NCBI RefSeq assembly: GCF_006345805.1
Contig: NW_021833034.1
Coordinates: 1-64,000, forward strand
Direction of reading: 5' to 3'
Origin: Octopus sinensis
Taxonomy: Eukaryota
DNA: 64,000 nucleotides
Shown here: positions 1-12,281 of the stretch, piece by piece
Layout of the letters: each line of letters begins with the position of its first letter
Numbering within the stretch: position 1 is the first letter of the stretch
Translations under genes and position numbers: made by a program
Notes under the pieces: model-generated
What the model saw: the letters and a program-made list of their open reading frames with translations, nothing else
What the model was told of the DNA's origin: nothing
Databases searched by the model: none

Positions 1-498
1 TAATGGAATCCTATATTTGGAATACAAGACAATATAATGGATTTTACACATAACTATTATGGATTATTACAGAAGACTAACCAAGGAAGTATATATGGAT
101 TTAAAGACTCATACTAAAGTGTATTTATGTATTTACCAAAATCAAAAGCAGCAATTTTTAATTTTAATTTAAATTTCAAACAAACACCATTTTATAGTAT
201 TACTTCAAATTTAAAAAAAACTACCATTCGAAATGCTATACAAAATTCAAATTTTATATCTTTGAAGAGCAAAGGAGTTGTCTATAAATGCTTATCAATA
301 TAGGATTCCATTATAGGGACAACTCTTCTGTGAAACGATCGTAAAATGCTTTAAATACTTAATTCAAAACTTTTAAACTGTCATTATTATATATTTATAC
401 TTATACATATATTTTTATATATATTTATATTTTTAATACAACAATTATTTTACACATGTATACATCTTTCTGAAGAATTTTCTAATATTGATTTCCTG

Positions 499-531
<33 letters not shown>

Positions 532-595
532 TATTATAAAATATATATTATTGGGACCCTGGGATATGTAACACACTATCTAAATACCAATCTTG

Positions 596-2790
596 AGAGA
601 TTATCATCATCACTTAACGTCCACTTTCCATACTGGCATGGGTTGGATGGTTTGACTGAGGTCTGGAGAGCCAGCGACTGCACCCAGTTCCAATCTGATT
701 TGGCAATGTTTCTACAGCTGGATGCCCTTCCTAATACCAACCACTCTGTGAGTGTAGTGGGTGCTTTTCACATGTCACTGGCACAAGAGCCATTCAGCAG
801 GTACTGACATTAGTAACGATTGGTTGATGCCTTTTGCATGGGGGGCAGTTATTCGGACCTGGCATCGACAACGTTTGGATGGTGCTTTTTACGTGCCACT
901 GGCACGGGAGCCAGTCAGGCGAACCTGGAATCGACCAACTTTGGATGGTCCTTTATATGCTACTTGCATGGGAGCCAGCCAGGGGCACCGGCCCTAGCTA
1001 TATTGCTTTTACTTGGCTCAACAGGTCTTCTCAAGCATATCATATCTCCCGATGCATCAGGGGTATTCTTAACAGGGCTGGGCATGTGTGGTTGCCATCT
1101 CACTTTAGTTGCCGGGTCTCCTCAATCACAACACACCTCCAAAGGTCCCAGTCTCCTGTCATTGCCTGTGAGGCTTAATGTTTGAAAGTCATGCTTTATC
1201 GCCTCATCCCATGTCTTCCTGGGTCTACCTCTTCTACATGTTCCTTCTACAGGTAGGGAGTGGCACTTCTTCACAGTCTTCATTCATATATAACGCATGA
1301 CCATACCAGCGCAGTTGTTTCTCTTGCACACCACATTTGAAGCTTCTTATGCCCAAATTTCCTTTCAGGGCGCTTACACTCTGTTGTGTATACACACTGA
1401 CATTACACATCAAGCTATTCTTACTCTAGTCGCTACACCTCTGCTACAGACTTGGTCACCTAGGTAGCAGAAGCTATTAACTACTTCTAGTGTTTCCCCT
1501 GGCATGTGTTGGAATCTGTTATTTGTCCCTCTTCAGTGGTCATTGCCACTGAGCATTTGCCACACACAAAAACTATCTTCCCATTTAACCTTCCTTTGCT
1601 ATTTCCACACCTTTTATGTGTTCATAGCTTACACTGGGTACATTGTATGGTTTCTACTCACACCTTTTCTACAGATAAAGCAGGGTCATCTACCCAAAGG
1701 GGTTTGTGATTTGACAGCCTTCCTGCTTACTAAGACTTTGGTTTTTGCTAGGTTAACCCTAAACTTCGTCTCCAGTTCTGGCAGTGACTCAGCTATTAGA
1801 GCCAGGTCATCAGCATAGAGGAGCTCCCAGGGGCAGCCTGTCATGAATTCCTCTGTTATTGCCTAGAGGACTATAATGAATAAGAGGGGGCTGAGGGCTG
1901 ATCCTTGGTGAACACCTACTTCTACTCAAAATTCTTCTCTATACTCATTGCCAACCCTCACCTTACTGACAGCAGCCCTGTACAGGGCTTGTACAGCTCT
2001 TACCATCCACTCATCTATCCCTAGTTTCCACATTGACCACCAGATAAGGGATCAGGGGACCCTGTCAAAAGCTTTCTCCAGGTCAACAAAAGCCAAGTAC
2101 AGAGGTTTATCTTTGGCAAGATATTTCTCCTGCATTTGCCTTACCAGAAATGTAGCATCAGTGGTGCTTCTCTCTGGCACAAAACCAAACTGCATCTCAT
2201 CTAGACTAACTCTCTCCCTAATTAGTTGGGCTATGACCCTCTCTGTAACTTTCATCACCTGATCAAATAATTTGATACCCCTGTAGTTATTCCTATCTAA
2301 TGCATCATGTTTACCAGTGTAGCAGTTGATTATGGCGCTGCTACACCAGTCATTGGGTATGACTCCTTCGTGAACTACCTGATTTACGATACAGGTGAAA
2401 GACCCTAACCCACACCACCCCGATATTTGAAGCATCTCTGAAGTGATTCCTGATGGGCCAAGTGCTTTCCCTGTCTTCATATCCTCAATTGCTTTATCTC
2501 CCACGGTACTATCGATTCAGGTAGCTGGTTCCTCTACTGGGTCAACCTTTGGTAGACTCTCCTTCCCATTCATTCTCCACATTCAACAGTCTTTCATAAT
2601 GGCATCTCCAAGCCTCTTTCTTTGCAGAATCATTAAACGCAAGGGCACCTTCATCCATGAAGACACATTTCTCTCCTATGACATCACGGTTTTTCTCTCA
2701 CAGACTGTCTTGCGATCCAAAATACTTCAGTTCTCTGGACCTCGTGTCACTGAACATTGGCAAACTTCTTCTTTTCTGCATCAGCAACCA
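596..2790 (-). mobile_element. RTE-clade LINE, 5'-truncated and degenerate, with 3' tail
   Basis: ORF 2052-2504 carries RT motifs ([33 protein letters not shown]). (GAT)n tail at about 600-612. Confidence 0.85.
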
Positions 2791-4110
2791 TGTATGGGTC
2801 TCAGAGCAACTCCCAGATGACTGGATCGAGAGCATCATCCTCCGCTTCCAGAAAAAAAAAAAAGAATGGCCACAAACTCATCAGCAGAGTCATCACTCTC
2901 TTCTCCATCTCAAGCAAGCTCTTCACCAGGATCCTTCTCAGCCATGCTTGTCCTGCCATTAGAAGTAGATTCTGCCTACATCAAGCCAGATTCATGCCAA
3001 ATCGATTTACCCCCTACTGTACTTTTGCCTTTGTCTCATCATTGAAAGATCTTGGTAGTTCTGCAAAGATTTGCCACCTCTACATCACCATCATCAACCA
3101 CATATTCCACTGGAAAATTCTCAAGCTTGTTGGTACACTTCTCAAGATCACCGCCCTGTTCCAATGGCTCTATTGCAGTTCGGAGAGATGCATGTGGGTG
3201 AATGTGAAAGACTCTGACTTGCAAAGAGGACAGCATGGTCACTCTCAACTTCTTTGACTGTATCATTATTTATCTGATGATCAAGGTCTGTGAGTGGGTC
3301 TCTCGCATTACTTGAAGTATGTGGATGATACCATCCTATTCAACAACTCAGTTGACCAGCTCAGGGACACACTGACCAATTACAGAGATGAATCAACAAG
3401 GCTTGGACTTCACGTGAGTTGAGTGAAGACCAAGCTGATGCATGTCAGAGATGGCCTGGATCCTCCCCCACTCTACACCGGGCCTGATGCCATGGAGTTT
3501 GTTAGCTCCTTCATATACCTGGGTTCTACAGTCACCAACAATGGAGATCTGACACTGGAGATTAACTGCAGATGTGGGCTTGCCACTGGGGTCATGTACT
3601 CCCTATAGAAGCCCCCTCCTGTGCTACTGCTCTATTTCCCAGAAGACAAAGCTCCACATCTACAATGCATCTGTCCTCTCCATTCTCCTCTGTGGAGCAG
3701 AAATGAGGCCCCTCTTGAAGACTTTGGCAAAGAGGATTGATGGCTTCAGAAGCAGAACCCTGAGAACCAATGAGAACACCAGATGTTACCTGCATGTTTC
3801 CAACAAAGACTTGCATGCACTGTACAGGCATGTCCTCCATCTCCTATTAGATCATCCTACCAAAGTTTAACTCCCATTCAATGCAAGAGCTGCAGGCTGG
3901 AAAGGTCTGTGGCAGACCCTGTACCAAATAGCTGAATATGGCTAAAGAAAATCTCCAGTGACTCAATGTTACCTTGGAAGATGTACAGTAGGGCTGGCAC
4001 AGGACCACCAGCAATGGGGGTGGGGAGTACTAATGAACCTGGTTGGCTCTACATATGATGATGTTCCTGGGGTCACTAATCTGGGATGACCTCACCCCCA
4101 TCATACAAGA
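2790..4110 (+). mobile_element. Degenerate RTE-like LINE RT fragment of a different family
   Basis: Frameshifted pieces: LPDDWIESII, YVDD, SSFIYLGSTVT, KLHIYNASVLSILL. Confidence 0.7.
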
Positions 4111-4692
4111 TCACGAAGGGCAAGCAATTTTTGCAACATGGAAGTTAGACTATTCTGTAAAAAAACACTTTGAGAATTACCCTACATTTTCCATGATACT
4201 AGTTGAGAATTCCAAGAAAGATGGTGAAAGTAATGACAATAGTGTTCTGTATCCTAATAATACCCAGTATTAAACCACTAAGAGGGTGGCTGTTATCTGG
4301 TAATTTTACTCAAAAATGGTAAGCATGAATACTCCACTGGTTTTTTCACCAATTGTGTCTGATAAGCATTTAATGTGTACCAGATGGGCTCTGTCTGATC
4401 ATGTGAACAAGGCTTTGGTAAGAAGGAAGAATTTTTTCATCTTAAAATCACATTTCCAAAATCAGAGGGCAATGTCTACCATGCCATAAATAAGTTTATG
4501 TTTTATTTTTTTAAATACAATATAGAATATTAAGTTTTAACAAGATTTGAACTTGCAGCCTTTATTTTATTTTAAGCAATAATTATTTCTGATGTAAAAA
4601 AGAAAAGATCGAAAATGTTAACATAACATGATGATACAGTGCAAATAATTCACAAAATTTTATGTTCAATAGTTTTAGTGTTACAAATTTGA

Positions 4693-5013
4693 CCCCCTTT
4701 GCTCATAAATGACCATGGGACTGCACTTAGAAAGTTCTCCTCCAATGCACAAATCTGAACAAAACTGCTTACGAAAGACCAGCAGTCACCCATCAGTACC
4801 AGCCTCCCTCTTCCATGTCACTAATGTTATCCAAGAGAAAAGCAAAGGTTGACACAGCTTGGCACCAGTGACATTGCAACTCATTTCTACAGCTGAGTGG
4901 AGTGGAGCAACATGAAATAAAATGTTTTGCTGAAGAATACAACACACAGCCCAGACCAGGAATTGAACTCACTACCTCGTGTTTGGGAGCCCAATGTTCT
5001 AACCACTGAGCCA
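4693..5013 (-). mobile_element. tRNA-derived SINE with 12-bp TSD
   Basis: Box A TGGCTCAGTGG and box B GTTCAATTCC on the minus strand. TSD TTACAAATTTGA at 4681-4692 and 5014-5025. Confidence 0.88.
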
Positions 5014-5050
5014 TTACAAATTTGAATAGTTTTAGTGTTAAAAATCTGAA

Positions 5051-5843
5051 TATGAGGTGTAGTCAAAAAATATCCAAAAAATAAGTATTATTAAAAGATT
5101 CACCATTTTGATTTCGTCCCCTTCAAAGTATTTGCCTTGGGAGTCTACATACTTCAGCCAGTGTTCCTGCTACTGCCGGAAACATTTCTGGAAACCACTT
5201 TTGAGGATTCCGTAGAGCTGTGATGTTGAATTTTGTTTAATGTCTTCTGTTGACTCAAATCTTCCCTCTTTGAATGTTATTTTGAGCTTTGGGAACAGCG
5301 AAAAGTCACACAGAGCCAAGTCTGGGAAGTAGGAAGCCTGATGAACAAGTGGTGTGTTTTGCTTGATGCTTGGACGATGTAGGTAGAAGGAGTGGGTGCA
5401 TTGTCATGTTGGAGTTGTCAGTTCTTTGCTGCCCACAGGTCGGGTTGTTTTTGTCACACAGTTTCACAAAGGTGATGAAGAATACCCACGTAGTATTCTT
5501 TGTTAATTGTCTGACCTTGTGGTGCATATTCATGGCTCACTGTCCACTGAGGTGCAGCCATCTTTGAACTGGCTGAACCATTCCTTCATTTGTGTTTTCC
5601 CCCTGGCATCATCTCCAAACACCTGAATCTTCTCGATAGTTTGGGCTGGCGTATCACCAAGTTTTGGGCAGAATTTGATTGAGTATCTTTGCTCAATGCT
5701 CTCAGTTATCTTCACTCAAAAAAGGAAAGTCACACAGCACACTCTCCACGTCTGTACTCAATGTGTCACTGCAGGCATGAAAGTTTTTGCACATGCTCAT
5801 GAAGGACATGGTTACTTAACCATATGGATTTTGCTCACACATA
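5051..5843 (-). mobile_element. Internally deleted Tc1/mariner transposon
   Basis: N-terminal HTH (EQRYSIKFC..KLG..T..QVFGDDA..EWF..FKDG) in ORF 5530-5715. Decayed C-terminal segment at about 5100-5340. TA-bounded end TATGAGGTGTAGTCAAAA; the other end is degenerate. Confidence 0.8.
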
Positions 5844-5968
5844 ATTATTTTGTGCAAAAACAATCAAGGTCAGATACTGTTGATTACATGTAGTTTTAGT
5901 GTGACAAGTCTGCATAGTTTCAGCGTATACAAATTTGAATAGTTTTAGTGTTACGAAAGACTTCATTT

Positions 5969-6234
5969 TCAAACAGAGAATGTAATCAAATAATTAGGAT
6001 ATGCCTGAAAGTCATGGAAAACAACATAAATCCTGGGTCTTTGAATATCATCAACAGCAGAATTGTAAGAATCCTGTAAAACTTTTAATCTCCGGTGTCC
6101 TTGCATCATTCTTCCCACAAGAACACTGCATTTGTATATTCTCTTTGTTTTGTTAGCGTCAGGAACAGAATATTTATCATTTGCAGAATAACGGATGCGT
6201 CTGGCAAAATAAACTCCATTCCCAAATGCGGTGG
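5969..6234 (-). CDS. PARP14: PARP14-like terminal exon: ART domain ([32 protein letters not shown])
   Basis: Acceptor tttttAG, GVYFA and QAYP-x-YLITF motifs, TGA at 5971-5969. Absent from the ORF track. Confidence 0.95.
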
Positions 6235-9200
6235 CTAAAAATAAAGAAAGAAAAAAAAGATAAATATATAAGCAAAGTAGCTAGTTGTAAAATCTCAATA
6301 AAGGGTGAGAGTAGTAACTACAAGTAAAGTTATATACAGGGTACAGGCTGCACTTATAACCAGCTGGCAGATCTACCTAGGGTTAAAACAGTAGTAACAC
6401 TGAATATTCAGTTTTTGGTTATTTTCTCTTATTCCTTTCTGTTGAAGAGTGTAGGCTCAAAATGTCCAAATTCATCAACATCATCGTCATCATTTAATGT
6501 CCGTTGTCCATGCTGGCATGAGTCAGATGGTTTGACCAGGGCTGGCATGGTGGAAGGCTGCACCAGACTCCAGTCTGATTTGGCATGGTTTTTACTGCTG
6601 GACACCCTTCCTAACACTAACTACTCCGAAAGTGTAATGGGTGTTTTTTCAAGTCATCAACACGGGTGCAATTTACATGACACCAGTATCTGCCACGACT
6701 GTGGTTTTATCTGGCTTGATGGGTCTTCTTCTCAAGTGCAACATAATGCCAAAGGTGTCAGTCATTGCCTCTGTAAGGCCCAACACTTGGAAGGTGCTTT
6801 TGTGCCACCAGCATGGGTGCCATTTGCATGGTATCAGTATCTGCCACAACTGCGATTTCACTTGGCTTGATGATTCTTCTTCTCAAGCACATCATAAGGA
6901 CAAAGGTCTTCATCACTGCCTCTGTGAGGCCCAACACTCAAAAGGTGCTCTTTGTGTGCCACTAGCATGGGTGCCAATTAAATGACACCAGCATCAGCCA
7001 CAACTGATTTCACTTGGCTTGACAGGTCTTCTCAAACACAGCCTTTTGCCAAAGCTCTCAGTCACTAGTCATTGCTTCTGTAAGGCCCAAAGTTTGAAGA
7101 TCATGCTTCACTATCTCATCCCATGTCATCTTGGGGTCTACCTCTACCACAGAGATCAGCACTTCTTTACATGGCTGTCCTCGTCCAAACACATCACATG
7201 ACCATACCAGTGCATTCATCTCTCTTGTACATCACATCTGATGCCTCTTATGCCTAACTTTTCTCTCAAGATGTTTACATACTGTCGAACATGCACACTG
7301 ACTTTGCACATCCAGTGCAATGTCATCAAGCCTACACATTTCCTTGGGTGTCACAGCCCATGTTTCACTGCCATGTAGCATAGCTGTTCATACACTGGCA
7401 TCATACAATCTGCCTTTCACTGTGAGGGAGAGGCCTTTTGTTGTGAGCACGGATAGGAGCTGTCTGAACTTTGCCCATCTTAATGTTATTCTCAGAGCAT
7501 CCATCTTTGCTACTAACTTGGTTACCTAGGTAACAGAAGCAATCTACTACCTCTAGCTTACTTCCATGGCAATTGATGGAGTCTATTTTCTGTACGTTTT
7601 CAGTGTTTATTGTACGAGTGCATCTTCCACATACAAAAGCTGTTTTACCTGTTAACCTTCCTCTGATATTGCTGCACCTTTTATGTGTCCAAAGGTTAGA
7701 TTAACTCTTATGGCCCTTTGATTCTAGATCTTGCTTCTATACCTGGAACTTCTGTAGTTCTGGTAGTGATTCAGCTATAAGAGCAAGGTCATCGGCATAG
7801 AGGAGTTACCAGGGACAGCCTGTGTTTAATTCCTCTGATATTGTCTGGAGGACTATGAGGAACAAGAGAAAGCTTAGGATAAATCCTTGGTAAACCCCTA
7901 CTTCTACCCTGAATTCTTCACTGTACTCGTTGCCCACCTTCACCTTACTGGTAGCATCTCTGTACGTGGTTTATACAACTCTCACCAACCACTCATCTAT
8001 TCCTAGTTTCTGCATTGACCACCAGATAACAGATCGGGGGACTCTGTCAAAGGCTTTCTCCAAGTCAACAAAAGCCAAGTACAGAGGTATTTGGCTAGGT
8101 ATTTCTCCTGCAGTTGCCTTACCAGAAATTTAGCATCAGTGGTGCTTCTACCTTGCACAAAGCCAAACTGCATCTCATCTAGACTAACTCTCTCCCTGAT
8201 TAGTTGGGTTATAACTCTTTCCTCAACTTTCATCACTTGAACCAACAATTTGATACTTCTGTAATTATTCCTATTTAATGGTTTCTTTATTACCCACAAG
8301 GGGCTAAACACAGAGGGAACAAACAAGGACAGATAAATGGATTAAGACGATTATATCGACCCCAGTGCTTAACTGGTACTTAATTTATCGACCCCGAAAG
8401 GATGAAAGGCAAAGTCGACCTTGGCGGAATTTGAACTCAGAATGTAGCAGCAGACGAAATATGGCTACGCATTTTGCCCGGCGTGCTAACGTTTCTGCCA
8501 GCTCGCCGCCTTATTATTCCTATGTAATATGTCACCTTTACCTTTGTAGCAGTTGACTATAGTGCTGCTACACCAGTCATTGGGTATGGCTCCTTCATGG
8601 ACCAACTGATTGACTATATGGGTGACTAGACCATAACCTACACCACCAGATGTTTGAAGCATCTCTGCAGTGATTCCTGAAGGGCTGGGGGGGGGGCTTT
8701 CCCTGTCTTCATGTCTTTAATTGCTTTATCTACCAAGAGACATATGTTGATCAGATCCCTTTAAACAACCAAGTGGCAACATGTAAGTAGAAAATGTTTA
8801 TAATATTTCCATTCTGTAAACTATACAACACAAGTAAACTTGAGAGAAAAGTCAGAGAAAAGAATTCTATTGATAAATTCGAACCTGTTTTAAATGGACA
8901 GTTATAGTAATGGTGATAATTATAATGATGATGCTGATAATAATAATAAATAGTACTGCTGCAGCCACTGATACCACCACTACCACCTCTAACAACAACA
9001 AAAAAAAAAAGGTGATGATTAGGATGGTAGTAGCACTGAGCATATGACCATAGACTAAATTGAAATGTAAATATTTCTGGAATAATAACAAAAGAATTCA
9101 ATGAAAACAAGAATGTTGTTTACAACATTCCAAAATATAGCCAAACAATTATTCCTTTAGGTGCAGTCAAAGTAAAGAATCTTTGATGTACCTACCAAGC

Positions 9201-12200
9201 TGTGACATCTAAGCCACATACTGATAGGTCAAAATACTATTAGAATGTAGTTGGTGCACCCACCAAACTGTGACATTGAAGCCACATGCTGATTGGTCAT
9301 AATACAGCTCATAAGATTCAACCTGCTGCAGCCTTTTGCTGGGTATTTAAAAGATAAATCTAAGCATTTCACTAGAGCTGTCAATTGTGGAACATGCCTT
9401 AGACACAAATAATTACAGAGGCATCGGATTGCTGGATCAAATGGTGAAAGTCACAGAAAGTGTCACACCTCAATTAATCAGGAAGAGAGTTAGCATAGAT
9501 GAAATGCAGTTTGGATTTGTGCCAGGAAAGATCACGACTGATGCCATATTCCTGGTTAGGCAACTGCAGAAGTATTTAATCAAAATTAAACTTCTGTACC
9601 TGGATTTTGTCTGCTTCCTTATCTGGTGGTCAATGAGGGAGCTCAGGGCAGATAAGTGGTTGGTGAGAGCTGTACAAGCCATGTACAGTGAAACTGTCAG
9701 TAAGATGAAAGTTAGCAATAAATATAACAAGGAATTCAGACAACAAGTTGGAGTTCATCAAGGATCAGTCCTCAGCCCCCGTTTGCACATCATAGTCCTC
9801 CAGGCAATAACAGAAGAATTTAAGACAGGCTGCCCCTGGGATCTCCTCTATACTGATGACCTTGCTCTTATAGCTGAATCACTACCAGAACTAGAGAAGA
9901 AATTTCAGGTGTGGAAACAAGGACTAGAATCAAATTAACTTAGCAAAACTAAAGTCTTAGTAAGTAGGGGAGCAGACAAATTACAATTTTTTTCTGGTTG
10001 ATAGCCCTGCTCTATCCATAGAAGAGGCATAGGTAGAAATTCCATAAGATGTACAGAGTGTAAGCTATGGACTCATAAAAGGTGCAGCAATATCAGAGAA
10101 TGATTAAAACAGAGAAAATATCTTTTGTGTGTGAAAAGTGGAAAAGTACAATAAACACTAAAAATATACAGAAAATAGACTCCATCACATGCCAGTGGGG
10201 GAAGCTAGAAGAAGTTGATAACTTCCGTTACCTAGGTGACCAAGTCAGTAGCGGAGTTGGATGCTCTGAGAGCATAGTTGTGAGAATAAGAATAGGCTGA
10301 GCAAAGTTCATAGAGCTCCTACATCTGCTGACAACAAAGGGCCTCTCTCTCTCTCAGAGTGAAAGGCAGATTGATGCCTGTATGCAAACAGCTGTGCTGC
10401 ATGGCAGTAAAACATGGGCTGTGACAGCTGAGGACATGTGTAGGCTTGAAAGAAATGAAGCTAGCATGATCCGTTGGATGTGCAATATCAGTGTGCATGT
10501 TCGACAGAGTGTAAGTATCTTGAGGGAAAAGTTGGGCATAAGAGGAATCAGATGTGGTGTACAAGAGAGACGACTGTGCTGGTATGGTCATGTGATGCGT
10601 TTGGACAAGAACAGCTGTGTAAAAAAGTGGCAAACTCTAACTGTGGAGGGAACCTGTGGTAGAGGTAGACCCAAGAAGACATAAGATGAGGTGGTGAAGC
10701 ATGATCTTCGAACTTTGGGCCTCACAGAGGTAATGACTAACGACCGAGACCTTTGGTCTTCCTCTGTCCTCTCTGTGTGAGAAAGGATTCTAAACAGCAA
10801 TCAATGTGGAGAGTGACTGTCCAGCTCAGGACAATAGGAAGGGTGGGTAGATGATGATGATGATGTTGATTATAATATACTTACCGTTTTTACCACAATA
10901 GCTACGGTTGAATCCTGATTTATTTATTCCATCAATAGATCCTTCAGCAGTACCATGCCAAAGGCCATCAACTTCATTTGTAATGTTTGGATTTTCTACC
11001 TCAAATTTTCTTTTCAATGCTTGGTATCCCTGGTACAATGTTTTATTTTGAATTCTCTCAATCTGTAGAAAAGGAAAATACATTTATGAAAAAACAATCA
11101 GTTCACTTCTTTGACAAGGAAATAACGTTTGTGGTGAAATCCACCAACCTTATCTGCTTTTGGTTTTATTTGATACCAAATGTTGTGTAGTGGCTAGAAT
11201 AAAAATGGGTTGGCCAAAGCTCAGAGCTAAACCTAATATTTCAAACTTTGTTTGTAACAAAGGGCCTTTCCCTCAGAATAAAGGCAGGTTGCATGATGCC
11301 TGTGTATGAATAGCTATGCGACATGGCAGTGAGACTTGGGCTGTGATGAAGTGGTGAGAAAGGATTTTCAGACGTTGGGCCTCACAGAGATGACAAGGAA
11401 CCAAGACTTTGACAGTTTGCTGAGCTAAGTAATATCATGGCCAACTATGCGTACAGGCACATCTTCTACATCCCTTTCTCAGCTGCGAGATCCTAATCTT
11501 GCAGGCTCATGTGTGCTGGTGCCATGTAAAGTGGTTGTCATTAGAAAAGGCATCTAACTATAGAAACAATGCCAAAACAGACAAATGGAGCCTGGAGAGC
11601 CCTCAAGCTGGCTAACTCTTGTCAAACCAGCCAACCTATGCTAACAATGATGATGATGATGATGACAATAAGCCATCCAAAATAGGTTGATGTAATGAGA
11701 TTTAAATCTTTTATACAAACAATAAATAGAAGTAGAAAATACAAACTTTGATTATACGATAGGAAGGCAAATTCCGACTGAAAGTGGCCTGGATGTCATC
11801 ATATTCTGGTCCATTTTTGACTGGAACAATTTTAATTAATTCCCCATCTTCCATTGGTGACCATGTATCTGGGATTGGTTCTAAAGTTCAAACAGAAATC
11901 AAATATTTCAGAATTAAAATAAAATTATGAACCCTTTCTGTTGAAAGTTTAAAAAAAAAACAATGCAGGAATATTTTGACTAATTTTGGGGTTTAGACAA
12001 CAAATATTGAAATATAAAACACAGCACTGTAGTCTAGTAATAGTTGTAGTGGGGGTGTTGGTGAGATAATGGTTGTGATGGTGGTGGTGCTAGTGGGTGT
12101 GGTGATGAACTCCTACCAAAGCAGACATTAGAGCACTGACATCAAACCATCCAACCCATTTCTGGCATGGAAAACAGATGTTAAAAGATTATGATGATGA

Positions 12201-12210
12201 TGATGGCCTC

Positions 12211-12281
<71 letters not shown>

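Noticed and set aside
320-350. GAAACGATCGTA matching the 3' half of a hammerhead
   Set aside because: There is no upstream CUGANGA core or stem II, so a ribozyme cannot be supported.
4043-4325. Plus-strand ORF with a nearby GTAAGC donor as an exon of a convergent gene
   Set aside because: The ORF starts in LINE sequence and stops before the donor; no recognisable domain.
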